Shown here: one piece after another, positions 1 to 7,946 of the stretch
Numbering within the stretch: the first letter of the stretch is position 1
Layout of the letters: every line of letters begins with the position of its first letter
DNA from: a virus
DNA length: 39,922 nt
Virus record (IMG/VR): IMGVR_UViG_3300033417_000027
Location: 1 to 39,922 of that record
Strand: one strand, 5' to 3'
Notes under the pieces: model-generated
Seen by the model: only the letters and a program-made list of their open reading frames with translations
Told to the model about the DNA's origin: nothing
The model's database searches: none
Program-made: the position numbers and the translations under genes

Positions 1-127
1 GCCGCCAGGTTGACCGCGTCGGCGAGATCGTTGCCGTTCTCGGTGCCGCCGACATTCCAGTCGGTCGCCGTGGTGAAGTCCTCGTGATGGATGGTCGACG
101 ACGTCTTGAGCACCGCGTTGGCCGGGA
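1..127. repeat. Terminal overlap: identical to 39796-39922. Indicates circular closure with unit length 39795 bp.
   Basis: Read directly: gccgccaggttgaccgcg...gcgttggccggga occurs at both window ends, and one ORF is continuous across the junction. Confidence 0.95.
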
Positions 128-290
128 ACCGGCCGATGAAGATCTGCGCGCCGGCGTCGAGCGCCGCCGAGGCGAGCGTGAGGGTCGACCAGTGATGGCG
201 GACGCGCCCGCCGTGCTTGCTGGACTTGGTGAGCGGCACCGGCACGGTCGCCGGGTCGCCATAGACGTCGGTGTAGTTGATCGCGGGCAT
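1..290 (-). CDS. N-terminal ~97 codons of a junction-spanning 157-aa protein (continues 39795->39612). Possible capsid decoration/cement protein.
   Basis: ATG at 290 with GGAGG at 296-300. High GC3. Translation is MPAINYTDVYGDPATVPVPL... The gene lies immediately downstream of the capsid gene. Confidence 0.7.
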   Translation of the reverse strand, partial: MPAINYTDVYGDPATVPVPLTKSSKHGGRVRHHWSTLTLASAALDAGAQIFIGRFPANAVLKTSSTIHHEDFTTATDWNVGGTENGNDLADAVNLA

Positions 291-339
291 CGCTGCCTCC
301 TTGAAAAGTTTCCGTCTCGTAAGGCGCTGTCATCCTCGT

Positions 340-446
340 CCTCGGGCTTGACCCGAGGATTGACCCGAGGACCAAGGGCGGCGCACGGCGTGCGCGCCGC
401 CCGGTACTTGCCCTCGGCCCCGGACTTGATCCGGGGGACCCGAGGG
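340..446. repeat. REP/BIME-like composite of three GC hairpins directly after the capsid stop codon
   Basis: Hairpins are cctcggg-cttga-cccgagg (340-358), gcgcac-ggc-gtgcgc (381-395) and ccccgga-cttga-tccgggg (418-436, with outer stem 411-446). Confidence 0.85.
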
Positions 447-457
447 TCAGGCCGGTG

Positions 458-1384
458 TTACGGCTCCAGGCACTTGATCTCGACCACCTTGCCTTCCTGC
501 CCGCGGGCGGCGCCGGAGGTGAAGGCCGCGTAGAGCTGGACGTTGAACTTCTTGCCCGGGTTCTTGGCCGCCTCGACCTGGGTGAGCTCGTCCCAGTCGA
601 CCAGGTGCATGCCCGACGGCACCCAGGCCGGGATGCGCCGGAAGCCGTTCGAGTCGACCGGCAGGTCCTCGAGGAACACGAACTCCATGTTGAACAGGCC
701 GGGCAGCTCGCTCTTCTCCAGCGGCCGGCCCTGGATATAGTCGCCATGGATCGCCTTGACGTCGTCGAACAGCTCATCTTCCTGCTGGGCGGTCATGCAG
801 ACCGTGATCCGCTCGCGCATCCGCCTCTTGAGCACCTTGTTCTGCCGGAACAGCTTGCGCGCCGTCTGCAGCTTCTTGACGTTCATGCCGGTGTCGGCGG
901 CGGGCGATGACCCGACCTGGACGCCGACCACGGGCGAGACCTTGGCGCCGGTGCCGAAGGCGCGCGTCGTCTGGCCGGTCTTGCCGGTCGCCTTGTTGCC
1001 GAAGAACGCCGGGATGATGACCTCGTAGTCGAGGTCCTCGCCGAGGCCCCAGATGCAGGCCTGGCTGAGGTTCGAGGTCGGGTCGATCATCTGGCGCAGG
1101 TTGTCCTGCTTGTCGATCAGGGTGCCCCAGTCGTAGCTGATCGGGTGCGCCCAGATCCGGTCGCGGGCGACGTCGTTCTGCGGCGTGTCGCCATAGCGGT
1201 CGTCGTTGCGCTGGCCGCGGGTGGCGCCGAACAGGTCGATGGTGACCGCGCCCTCGCCCACGCCCTTCTGGCCGGTGGTCATGAAGGGCCGCAGCACCGA
1301 GCCCTCGTTCTGCAGGGCGTGCTCGATGTTGCCGCGGAAGGTGAGCGTGTAATGAAGGGGGATATCCCCGGTGACTTCAGGCAT
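458..1384 (-). CDS. Major capsid protein (308 aa)
   Basis: ATG at 1384 with GGAGGG at 1391-1396. Balanced composition and high GC3. Fits the portal-scaffold-capsid gene order. The first 29 codons of the ORF-track entry are excluded. Confidence 0.75.
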   Translation of the reverse strand: MPEVTGDIPLHYTLTFRGNIEHALQNEGSVLRPFMTTGQKGVGEGAVTIDLFGATRGQRNDDRYGDTPQNDVARDRIWAHPISYDWGTLIDKQDNLRQMIDPTSNLSQACIWGLGEDLDYEVIIPAFFGNKATGKTGQTTRAFGTGAKVSPVVGVQVGSSPAADTGMNVKKLQTARKLFRQNKVLKRRMRERITVCMTAQQEDELFDDVKAIHGDYIQGRPLEKSELPGLFNMEFVFLEDLPVDSNGFRRIPAWVPSGMHLVDWDELTQVEAAKNPGKKFNVQLYAAFTSGAARGQEGKVVEIKCLEP

Positions 1385-1446
1385 GGTGTGCCCTCCAAAT
1401 GATCCGTTCGAATTGAACCGAAAATCGGAGGGGTTGCCCGCATCTG

Positions 1447-1469
1447 GGCCCGGACTGTGGATCCGGGCC
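1447..1469. repeat. REP-family hairpin in the scaffold-capsid intergenic region
   Basis: ggcccgga-ctgtgga-tccgggcc, an 8-bp stem with the same arm type as 418-436. Confidence 0.7.
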
Positions 1470-1645
1470 ACGGACCCGACCTTCCCCGTGTCGTGGGGCA
1501 GGCGACCTGTCTTTCCAGGCCGTCACCGGACAAAGCGATCGCTCTCGCAGAGTTACCCGGTGAAGGGTGCGGGGACTACGAGGCCTCCCCGCTGGCCATG
1601 GCGCGAACGGTGAGTCAGTTCGCGGATTTTGTCAAGCGCGAAGCG

Positions 1646-1664
1646 CCCCGGACGCGATCCGGGG
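1646..1664 (-). terminator. Gene-end stem-loop 1 nt after the scaffold stop; possible attenuator or RNA-stabilising hairpin
   Basis: ccccgga-cgcga-tccgggg, a 7-bp GC stem. There is no clear U-tract. Confidence 0.4.
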
Positions 1665-1665
1665 T

Positions 1666-2547
1666 CTATCCGGCGAGCCGCTTGTGCAGCGCCTCCCATT
1701 TCTCGACCGCTTCCTTGTGGCCTTGCGCCCGGCCGTTGTGCAGGACCTCCATGAAATCCTTGTTCATGCGCAAGGCATCGATCTCGGCCTTGGCCGCCAT
1801 CGCCGACGTGCCGAAGCCCGAGGAGCCTTCCATCGCGCCTTTCAGCTGGTCCTCGCCCATCAGCTCGCCGATCTTGTGGAACAGCTTCATGAGCACCGGG
1901 CTGTCGATCTTGGCGTTGATCGCCTCGAGCTCGCCCTCCTCGAGCCCGAGCGCGCGCGGCACCGCCTTGGCGATCTCGGTGTTGCGGTCCTTGTCCGCCC
2001 CCCAGGCCTTGTCGAGCGCCGCCTGGGTCTTGGCCTCGTCCTTGGCCTCGGCCTGGGCGATCTCCTTGTAGAGGCCGATCCGGGCCTGGACCTCGAAGTC
2101 CATCATTTCCTTGAACAGGTCGGCCGGGATGTGGCGCTCGAGGGCGAACGCGCGCGCGGCCTGCTCGGTCGCGAAGTCCCAGTCCATGCCCTTGGGCAGC
2201 TCGGGCTTCTGGTACTCGTAGCCCTCGGCCTTGTCGGGCACGCCGAGCGCTTCCTTGTTGTCGGCGAAGAACTTGGTGGTCTCGCCGCGCGTGGGTGCCA
2301 CCACCGTGTTGGCGCCGACCCGCTTTTCCAGGTTGACGTAACTGTCGAACGCATCCTCGAGCTTGCCCCATTTCTTGGCCGCGAACAGCTGCTGGTGCGG
2401 CTCGGCCAGGGTCGCCAGGTCGAACGGCTTGGCCGCCGCCGCACCGTCGCCGGCGCCCTCGCCTGCGCCCTTGGCCGCCGCTGCCTCTGCCGCCGCGCCG
2501 TCTGCGTTACCGCCGGCCGCGCCGGGTGCCGCACTATTGTCCGTCAT
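1666..2547 (-). CDS. Scaffolding protein (293 aa)
   Basis: ATG at 2547 with GGAGGA upstream (2551-2558). Ala/Glu/Lys-rich and helical-looking. Located between the portal block and the capsid gene. Confidence 0.6.
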   Translation of the reverse strand: MTDNSAAPGAAGGNADGAAAEAAAAKGAGEGAGDGAAAAKPFDLATLAEPHQQLFAAKKWGKLEDAFDSYVNLEKRVGANTVVAPTRGETTKFFADNKEALGVPDKAEGYEYQKPELPKGMDWDFATEQAARAFALERHIPADLFKEMMDFEVQARIGLYKEIAQAEAKDEAKTQAALDKAWGADKDRNTEIAKAVPRALGLEEGELEAINAKIDSPVLMKLFHKIGELMGEDQLKGAMEGSSGFGTSAMAAKAEIDALRMNKDFMEVLHNGRAQGHKEAVEKWEALHKRLAG

Positions 2548-2812
2548 GGTCTTCCTCCAGTTGGTTGAGATCGAAATCGGCGACGGCCCGCATGTGCAGG
2601 AGCGCGAACCGCAGGCCCTCGTTGAACGCGCTCTGGCGATCGGACGCCGGATCGAAGGTCGGCGCATCGTCGAAGCACAGCGCCTCGAGGTCGCGCCGGA
2701 TCGCCTTGTCCTTGAGCATCCGGGAATAGCCCGCGACGATCCGCTGCGCCGCGCCCGGATGCACCGCCTTCAGCCAGGCGGCCGTGGTGATCTTGTTGGC
2801 TTGAGCGGCCAT
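2534..2812 (-). CDS. Small head-module protein (92 aa), Bbp19-like motif
   Basis: ATG at 2812 overlaps the upstream stop (TGATG). The motif LEALCFDD..FDP..RQSAFNEGLRFALLHM resembles small proteins of BPP-1-type podophages, recognised from memory only. Confidence 0.6.
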   Translation of the reverse strand: MAAQANKITTAAWLKAVHPGAAQRIVAGYSRMLKDKAIRRDLEALCFDDAPTFDPASDRQSAFNEGLRFALLHMRAVADFDLNQLEEDHDGQ

Positions 2813-3006
2813 CACCCTTCACCGTTCCCCGGGCTTGACCCGGGGCCCATGGACACGACCTCAAGGAGCAGTGATCGCAATAGGCGCCCCAACGGTACGG
2901 GCGCGGCGTCAGCCAGGGGCATCGGCATTGCCGCCATGACCGCGCCGCCGGAGACGCCGCCGAGGAGGGCGCGCCGTGTGATCTTGTTGGCCTGGGCGCC
3001 GGCCAT
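2812..3006 (-). pseudogene. 64-codon ORF; probably a remnant encoding a twin-arginine (Tat-type) signal peptide, ending in a REP hairpin
   Basis: Translation MAGAQANKITRRALLGGVSGGAVMAAMPMPLADA. GC3 collapses after about codon 35. The first ~40 nt duplicate the 5' end of the gene at 2812. The stop lies just past REP 2817-2849. Confidence 0.35.
2817..2849. repeat. REP unit, copy b
   Basis: caccgttccccgggcttgacccggggccca, with stem ccccggg/cccgggg at 2827-2845. Nearly identical to 3114-3146. Confidence 0.9.
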
Positions 3007-3518
3007 CACGACTGTTCCATGCGATTGAGCGCCGCCAAAATCTCGGAGATCGGTATCATTTCCCCGTTGCGCAAGATTGCCGCTCCGTCCTCGCAGACGC
3101 CTTCGGTATAGACTGCACCGTTCCCCGGGCTCGACCCGGGGCCCAATTCTGCCCGTGGTTCGGGCAGCGCCTGGTGAAGCACCCCCAGCCGATCGAGCTC
3201 CGTGACGGCGACCCAGTCCAGAAACGTGCACGTGCGAAACGCAAGCATGTCGAGCCGCACCAGCACGCGGCCGATGTGACGGCCGATGGTTTCGAGCTCC
3301 GGGCCGGCCAGGCCCGGCCAATTGTCATAGGAGATCACTCCCGCCTCGTACTGGCGCTCGAGGTTCCGCAGGTTGTTGACCGCCTCGAGCAGCTGCCCGA
3401 ACTCGACGCCGATCGCCGCCGCCTCGTCCGCGAGGGTCTCGCGCTCGATGCCGGCCGCCTGCCAGCGCTCGAAAAGCGATTGCGTTGCCGCCCGCAGGCC
3501 GTCGAAGGTGATCCCCAT
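3006..3518 (-). CDS. Hypothetical head-module protein (170 aa) with a REP unit read through in frame
   Basis: ATG at 3518 overlaps the upstream stop, and the stop at 3006-3008 overlaps the next ATG. The internal GPGSSPGNG segment is encoded by REP 3114-3146. The last 36 codons have lower GC3. Confidence 0.6.
   Translation of the reverse strand: MGITFDGLRAATQSLFERWQAAGIERETLADEAAAIGVEFGQLLEAVNNLRNLERQYEAGVISYDNWPGLAGPELETIGRHIGRVLVRLDMLAFRTCTFLDWVAVTELDRLGVLHQALPEPRAELGPGSSPGNGAVYTEGVCEDGAAILRNGEMIPISEILAALNRMEQS
3114..3146. repeat. REP unit, copy c, inside a coding frame
   Basis: caccgttccccgggctcgacccggggccca, with stem at 3123-3141. Same orientation as copy b. Confidence 0.9.
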
Positions 3519-3781
3519 CACGCCACCCCCTCGCAGCGCTTCGCCGCTGCCCATTGCAAGAAGGCGACCCGGCATTCCTCATTCCGCCAGCGGAAATTCG
3601 GGTACAGGCGCACCTTCTCGACCTTGGCAAAATCGTAGACGTAGCCGGTGCCGACCCGCCGCCCGGTGTGCGCGCCGAGGATTGCGTAGGTCGCGATGTG
3701 CTGCTTCGCCATCACGCCTCGCGACGGCTTGCCAGACATCTCCAGTGCGTGAGCCATTACGTTGTCGCTCTTGTCCGCCAT
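3518..3781 (-). CDS. Hypothetical protein (87 aa)
   Basis: ATG at 3781 overlaps the portal stop (TGATG). Translation is MADKSDNVMAHALEMSGKPSRGVMAKQH... Ordinary composition. Confidence 0.65.
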   Translation of the reverse strand: MADKSDNVMAHALEMSGKPSRGVMAKQHIATYAILGAHTGRRVGTGYVYDFAKVEKVRLYPNFRWRNEECRVAFLQWAAAKRCEGVA

Positions 3782-5421
3782 CACGCCGCCCCCGCCGCCG
3801 CTTCGGTCGGCACCTGGATCCCCAGCTTGTTGGCGATGTCCGCCCCCTGCTGCCCGGCGGCGAGCGCGCTCGCCATGGCCTGCGCCTGCTGGCGGGCCTG
3901 CCGGCGCGCCTCGGTCTCCTCGAGGCCGAACAGGATGCCGGGCGGGGCCTGGAAGCCCTTCTGCAGGATGTCGGCCGCCGCGTCGCCGTTGAACCGGTCG
4001 ATCACGCCCGGATCGAGCTGCGCCGCCATCAGCAGGCCTTCGGCCACGCGCAGGGTGGCGGTGGCGTCCGCCGCGTTCTGTGCCTGGGCCATCGGCGAGG
4101 AATAGACGATCTTGAGCGGCTGGCCGCGCATGCTGTCGGGCGGCGGCGGGATCTGGCCCGCCCGCCACAGCATGTTGAACCGGCGCGCGATCAGCGGCGT
4201 CAGGAACTCGACCTGGTGGCGGCCGAGATGCGGGCCCATCAGCCGCATTTTCTCCTCGTCGCGCATCAGGCTCTCGGTCGCCGTCATGCCGGTCCGGCTG
4301 ACGAGCTGCATCAGCGAGAAGTGGAAGCCCTCGCGGATCTGCTCGCGCCAGGTGTTGACCATCTCCAGCGTGACCGGCATCGAGCCCTGCGCTTCGAGAT
4401 ACTGCACCAGCTGGCGGCCCTGCGGGCTGATCGCGCCGAAGCTCACCCCGTTGGGGATCGGCCTGAGGCTCGCCAGCGCGTCCTCGTCGGCGGCGAGGAT
4501 CGGCGGCGTCGCGTGCTTGTTGCCGGCAACAATCAGGTCGCGGACCATGATGTTCAGCCGCTTGATGTCCGGCAGGTTGATCCAGCCCAGCCCCCGGCCG
4601 TACTTGTTGCCGCCCGACACCGCCCAGCGCGGCACCTGATAGGGCAGCTCGTCATAGCCGCCGGCCTCGCCCAGCTGGTGCTTCTCGGCCAGCTCGAGAT
4701 AAATGCTCGCGAAGGCCTTGTTGCCCTTCATCAGGATCCGGCCCGGCATGAAGTCGTCGTTGGGCATGACCACGTGCAGGAAGGGCAAACGCTCGCTCGA
4801 GCGCGCCTCGAGCTTCTTCTGCAGCCCGGCGCTCAGCCGCTCGGTGGTGAACTTGCGCGCCGCCTGCGCCGGCGTCCACCAGATGCGGCGGAACACCGAT
4901 GTGACATTGGCGTACTCGTCGGTGTCGGCCCACACCTCGTCGAGCGAGAAGGTCTGGTCGTGGATCCGCCGCGTGCCCGGGATCATCTCGTTGAAGAAGC
5001 ACCCGGTGCCGAAGGTGCCGGTGTCGGCATAGAGGTCCGGCACGACGTTGTAGAACGGCGCCACCGCCGGGGTGAACGAGCGCAGCAGCGTCTTCGACAC
5101 ATGACCGTTCCAGGCGCGCTCGTCGTCGCCGTCGTTGAGGCGCTCGTCTTCCGCCTCGGCCGTGAACCACACGTTGGCGGGGTTCGAGATCAGCCCGTAC
5201 AGACCCCCGGCGAAATGCTCCTGGGCGCGGATCGCGGTGGCGTCGTAGACGTCGCCCTCGAGTGCTGCCCTTCGCTCCGGCGTCTGCACGTCGCGGGTCA
5301 TGAACTGGTCGCGGATGGGCCTGACGAACTTGGCGATCTCGGCGAACTCGGCGTCGCGGGCCGAGCGCTCGAGCTGCAGCTCGGCGAAGCGGGCGCAGAT
5401 CTCCTCGATCGGGGTCATCAT
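3781..5421 (-). CDS. Portal / head-to-tail connector, T7 gp8-type
   Basis: 546 aa. The stem region ...SRTGMTATESLMRDEEKMRLMGPHLGRHQVEFLTPLIARRF..GQIPP parallels T7 gp8 QRTGERVTAEEIRYVASELEDTLGG...PLVRVLL..QQIP. ATG at 5421 overlaps the upstream stop. Confidence 0.85.
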   Translation of the reverse strand: MMTPIEEICARFAELQLERSARDAEFAEIAKFVRPIRDQFMTRDVQTPERRAALEGDVYDATAIRAQEHFAGGLYGLISNPANVWFTAEAEDERLNDGDDERAWNGHVSKTLLRSFTPAVAPFYNVVPDLYADTGTFGTGCFFNEMIPGTRRIHDQTFSLDEVWADTDEYANVTSVFRRIWWTPAQAARKFTTERLSAGLQKKLEARSSERLPFLHVVMPNDDFMPGRILMKGNKAFASIYLELAEKHQLGEAGGYDELPYQVPRWAVSGGNKYGRGLGWINLPDIKRLNIMVRDLIVAGNKHATPPILAADEDALASLRPIPNGVSFGAISPQGRQLVQYLEAQGSMPVTLEMVNTWREQIREGFHFSLMQLVSRTGMTATESLMRDEEKMRLMGPHLGRHQVEFLTPLIARRFNMLWRAGQIPPPPDSMRGQPLKIVYSSPMAQAQNAADATATLRVAEGLLMAAQLDPGVIDRFNGDAAADILQKGFQAPPGILFGLEETEARRQARQQAQAMASALAAGQQGADIANKLGIQVPTEAAAGAA

Positions 5422-5636
5422 CACGCGGCCCTCGCCGGCTCGACCCGGCCGAGCTTGGGCTCGGACGACGGCGACCCGGACAAGAGCGAGGCGGCGAAGC
5501 CGCGCGCCTTGCGGCGGCGGTTGGCGATCTCCTCGCCCGAGGTGTCGAGCGTCTCCTCGCTCGACAGCGGGATCGGCGACGGCTTGGGATCAGGCAGCTT
5601 CGACTTCTTGGGGCCGAACAGTCCCGAGATGCACAT
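5421..5636 (-). CDS. Small hypothetical protein (71 aa)
   Basis: ATG at 5636 with AGGAAG upstream. Translation is MCISGLFGPKKSKLPDPKPSPIPLSSEE... Confidence 0.55.
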   Translation of the reverse strand: MCISGLFGPKKSKLPDPKPSPIPLSSEETLDTSGEEIANRRRKARGFAASLLSGSPSSEPKLGRVEPARAA

Positions 5637-6210
5637 CGGTGTCTTCCTTTCGATCATTGTCACCCTCGGCCGCGGGATCATTGTCATCCTCGGGCGTGAC
5701 CCGAGGATCGACCCGAGGGCCGTACCAGGCGAATTGCACGAAGGTCTCGCCAGCCTTGCCGTAGAGCGGTAGCGTTGCCTCGCGGACAGCCCCCAGGCTC
5801 TCGATCCAGCGGCAGGACGACCGCCAGCTCTCGAGCGCCTGGACCTCGACGCGATGCAGGCCGCGGGACTGGGCCCGCGGAATGAGGGCGCGCCGGATCC
5901 AGCGCGTGAGCGGGCGCAGAAGCGCGCCCAGCTCGTCGGTGCCGAAGAACAGGGCGCCGGCGACATGCGGCCGGATCGGGAACAGCCCGACCAGCCCGCA
6001 GGCCCGGTGCACGGCATGCGCCGGCGCCACCGCGCGCAGCTCGAGGAAGCCCGGGGCGTGCAGCACCAGGTCCTCGATCAGGGCATCGACGCCGTCGCCG
6101 TGGCGAAGCGCGAAGATCTCGGCCCGGTCGAGCGCGCGCAGCCGCCGGCAGACATGGTCGATGTCGGCCTCGCTCGGCGCGCGCAGCTCGATGCCGGGAA
6201 CGCCGGTCAT
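5590..6210 (-). CDS. Hypothetical protein, possibly GNAT-like acetyltransferase fold; 3' end runs through a REP composite
   Basis: ATG at 6210 overlaps the terL stop (ATGA). The body is ...LHRVEVQALESWRSSCRWIESLGAVREATL... The C-terminal ~45 codons are encoded by REP 5661-5715 and overlap the next gene. Confidence 0.55.
   Translation of the reverse strand: MTGVPGIELRAPSEADIDHVCRRLRALDRAEIFALRHGDGVDALIEDLVLHAPGFLELRAVAPAHAVHRACGLVGLFPIRPHVAGALFFGTDELGALLRPLTRWIRRALIPRAQSRGLHRVEVQALESWRSSCRWIESLGAVREATLPLYGKAGETFVQFAWYGPRVDPRVTPEDDNDPAAEGDNDRKEDTDVHLGTVRPQEVEAA
5661..5715. repeat. REP composite with duplicated gatcattgtca(c/t)cctcgg and a hairpin
   Basis: Hairpin cctcggg-cgtga-cccgagg at 5688-5706. 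Outer pairing is ccctcgg/ccgaggg. Confidence 0.8.
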
Positions 6211-7682
6211 GTCGCCCTCAAGGTCATCGGGTCATATTCGGTCGCCACCTCGAGGCGCCCCCCGCCCCGGCGCTTGCGCCGGCCGATCAGGTCGGAGAAG
6301 TCGGTGCCGCGCAGCGCCGCGTACTGGCCGGCGTCGTGCGGGTGGCTGTGGTCGTTCTTGTCGGGCACGTCGTCATAGCGCTCCGACCCGCCGATCTTGA
6401 TCCGCTTGTAGCGATAGCCGGAGTTGAAGCCGCGCCGCAGGATCGGGCAGCGCTTGCGCGACAGCAGGAAGCCGGGCTTCTCGCCCGAGATCATCCGCGC
6501 CAGCGCCTGGCGCACCGCCTCCTGGCGTAGGCCCGGCTGGTTGGTCGGCGCCGGCTTGATCTCGATCTCGGCCTCGTTCCTCACGATGTCGATCCACGCC
6601 TGATCGTCCTCGTTGGCCGTATCGGACGGATAGGCCGCCGAGGGATCGGCCGAGCCGATGCAGCGCACGCCGGCGAAGCGCTCGGCGATGAACAGGCTCA
6701 GCCGCTTGCCGAAGGCCTTGGCGCCGATGTCCTGGCACACCAGCTCGGCGATCCACTGCACCTGCCCCTCCATGTCGACCGCCTGGAACACCGCCGCCGG
6801 CTTGCGGCCGGCGTCGAGCCCGACGATCAGCGCCTTGCCGGCGATCGGCTCGAGCTCGCGATCGGTCGAGTGCAGCGCGTCGTTGTACTCCGGATAGACC
6901 GGCTTGCCGTCGCGGCTGAAGCCGAACCGGTTGTCGATCATCCTCCTGATGTACCACTCGGGCGCGCCCTTCATCTGGTTGTCGTAATAGGCCCGGCCGC
7001 CGGGCAGGTATTTGAGGTTCTCGGCCTCACGCTCGAGCCCGCCCGGCTGCTGGAAGAACGCCCAGCCCTCCGGCAGGGCCTCGACGAACACGTCATAGGT
7101 CCAGCTGTCGGTGTCGGGCGCGTTCATGTCCGCCCACACGCCGTGCCAGGTGGGGCCGAAGTCGCCGAAGCTCTCCGGATAGCGCCCGGCGCGGCCGATC
7201 GCATAGGTGAGCGCCGAGCGCTCCATCAGGTCGAGCTCGCCGAAGCCCGCGCCGGTGTACTCGAAGCCGCGCAGCACGCTCTCGATGTCGTTGTCGCCCA
7301 GCGCCACGAACATCACGCCGATCTCGCACACCGTGCCGTCGGTCATCGGCAGGCGGATCGTGTGGCTCGCCGGCTCGCCGCCGGTGCCGCCGCGCCAGTC
7401 GCCGGCGTCCTTCGGGATCAATTTGAAGTAGCTGGGTATTGTGGTTCTTTCGAGATCGCGGTAAGTCTTGCGGATCTGAACCCACTTGGTGCGGCGAACC
7501 TTGACCTCCCCCCTGGGATCCGGCATTTGCAGCGGCCCGAAGCGGAACGGCTTCATGAGGCTGGCGCTGGTCTTGCCCGACCCGATCGGCCCCATGATCG
7601 CGTGCACCGGCGCGGTCGACCTGAAGTAGGCCTTCAGGACCGGGCCGTCCGGGATGTAATCGAGCCGCACCTGTTCAGCCAT
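6207..7682 (-). CDS. terL: Terminase large subunit (491 aa)
   Basis: ATG at 7682 (MAEQVRLDYIPDG). Walker A is GPIGSGKTS. Acidic motifs are GFGELD and IVGLDAG. The C-terminus has HSHPHDAGQYAAL. The upstream 227 codons of the ORF-track entry are rejected. Confidence 0.9.
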   Translation of the reverse strand: MAEQVRLDYIPDGPVLKAYFRSTAPVHAIMGPIGSGKTSASLMKPFRFGPLQMPDPRGEVKVRRTKWVQIRKTYRDLERTTIPSYFKLIPKDAGDWRGGTGGEPASHTIRLPMTDGTVCEIGVMFVALGDNDIESVLRGFEYTGAGFGELDLMERSALTYAIGRAGRYPESFGDFGPTWHGVWADMNAPDTDSWTYDVFVEALPEGWAFFQQPGGLEREAENLKYLPGGRAYYDNQMKGAPEWYIRRMIDNRFGFSRDGKPVYPEYNDALHSTDRELEPIAGKALIVGLDAGRKPAAVFQAVDMEGQVQWIAELVCQDIGAKAFGKRLSLFIAERFAGVRCIGSADPSAAYPSDTANEDDQAWIDIVRNEAEIEIKPAPTNQPGLRQEAVRQALARMISGEKPGFLLSRKRCPILRRGFNSGYRYKRIKIGGSERYDDVPDKNDHSHPHDAGQYAALRGTDFSDLIGRRKRRGGGRLEVATEYDPMTLRAT

Positions 7683-7880
7683 GACGCGCTCCCCTCGCCG
7701 GAGCGCGGCCACCCGGACCCGCACCCCCGACCCGCGACAACCAGCAACAAGGTTCCGCCAGCCCTTTCGGCCAAAAGTGGAAAGCCTGGACACCTTGGCC
7801 CATATACGGATGCGCGCGACCCTCCCCCCGGGTGCCGCCGCGGCCGGGCGGCCGGGATTTCGCGCGTCCTGTGGCCGATC

Positions 7881-7898
7881 GGCGCATGGCGTGCGCGG
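7881..7898. repeat. 18-mer ggcgcatggcgtgcgcgg, copy 1 of 3
   Basis: Same 18-mer at 14123-14140, and a 17-nt reverse complement at 17794-17810. Forms the hairpin gcgca-tggcg-tgcgc. Confidence 0.9.
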
Positions 7899-7925
7899 CA
7901 ACCAGGGCGAGGCCGAGGCACGCGC

Positions 7926-7946
7926 CGTCTGATTTTGGATCAGACG
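7926..7946. promoter_or_regulatory. Perfect 8-bp stem-loop sharing a 10-mer with the attP tRNA fragment
   Basis: cgtctgat-tttgg-atcagacg. The 10-mer ccgtctgatt (7925-7934) also occurs at 23223-23232. Confidence 0.5.

Noticed and set aside
1-127. Biological direct terminal repeat of a T7-like genome
   Set aside because: The repeat is exactly 127 nt, lies inside a coding sequence and has no flanking signals. That is more consistent with an assembler k-mer overlap of a circular path. It remains testable with read-terminus analysis.
458-533. T7 gene 10A/10B-style programmed frameshift at the capsid 3' end
   Set aside because: I found no slippery heptamer near the stop, and the downstream sequence is the REP hairpin composite rather than an extended alternative frame.
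3373-5772. 799-aa plus-strand ORF antisense to the portal gene. Similar long shadow ORFs occur at 30382..32646, 32788..34923, 37705..39603, 36722..39430, 9038..10603, 9235..10722 and elsewhere.
   Set aside because: Their translations are dominated by Arg/Pro/Gly/Ala runs, which is typical of non-coding frames in very GC-rich DNA. They overlap ORFs with recognisable motifs, balanced composition and proper RBS or start context.
7926-7946. tRNA-like anticodon stem-loop in the terS-terL gap
   Set aside because: The loop is 5 nt (or 7 nt without U33) and there are no D-arm, T-arm or acceptor elements around it. I kept it only as a hairpin sharing a 10-mer with attP.
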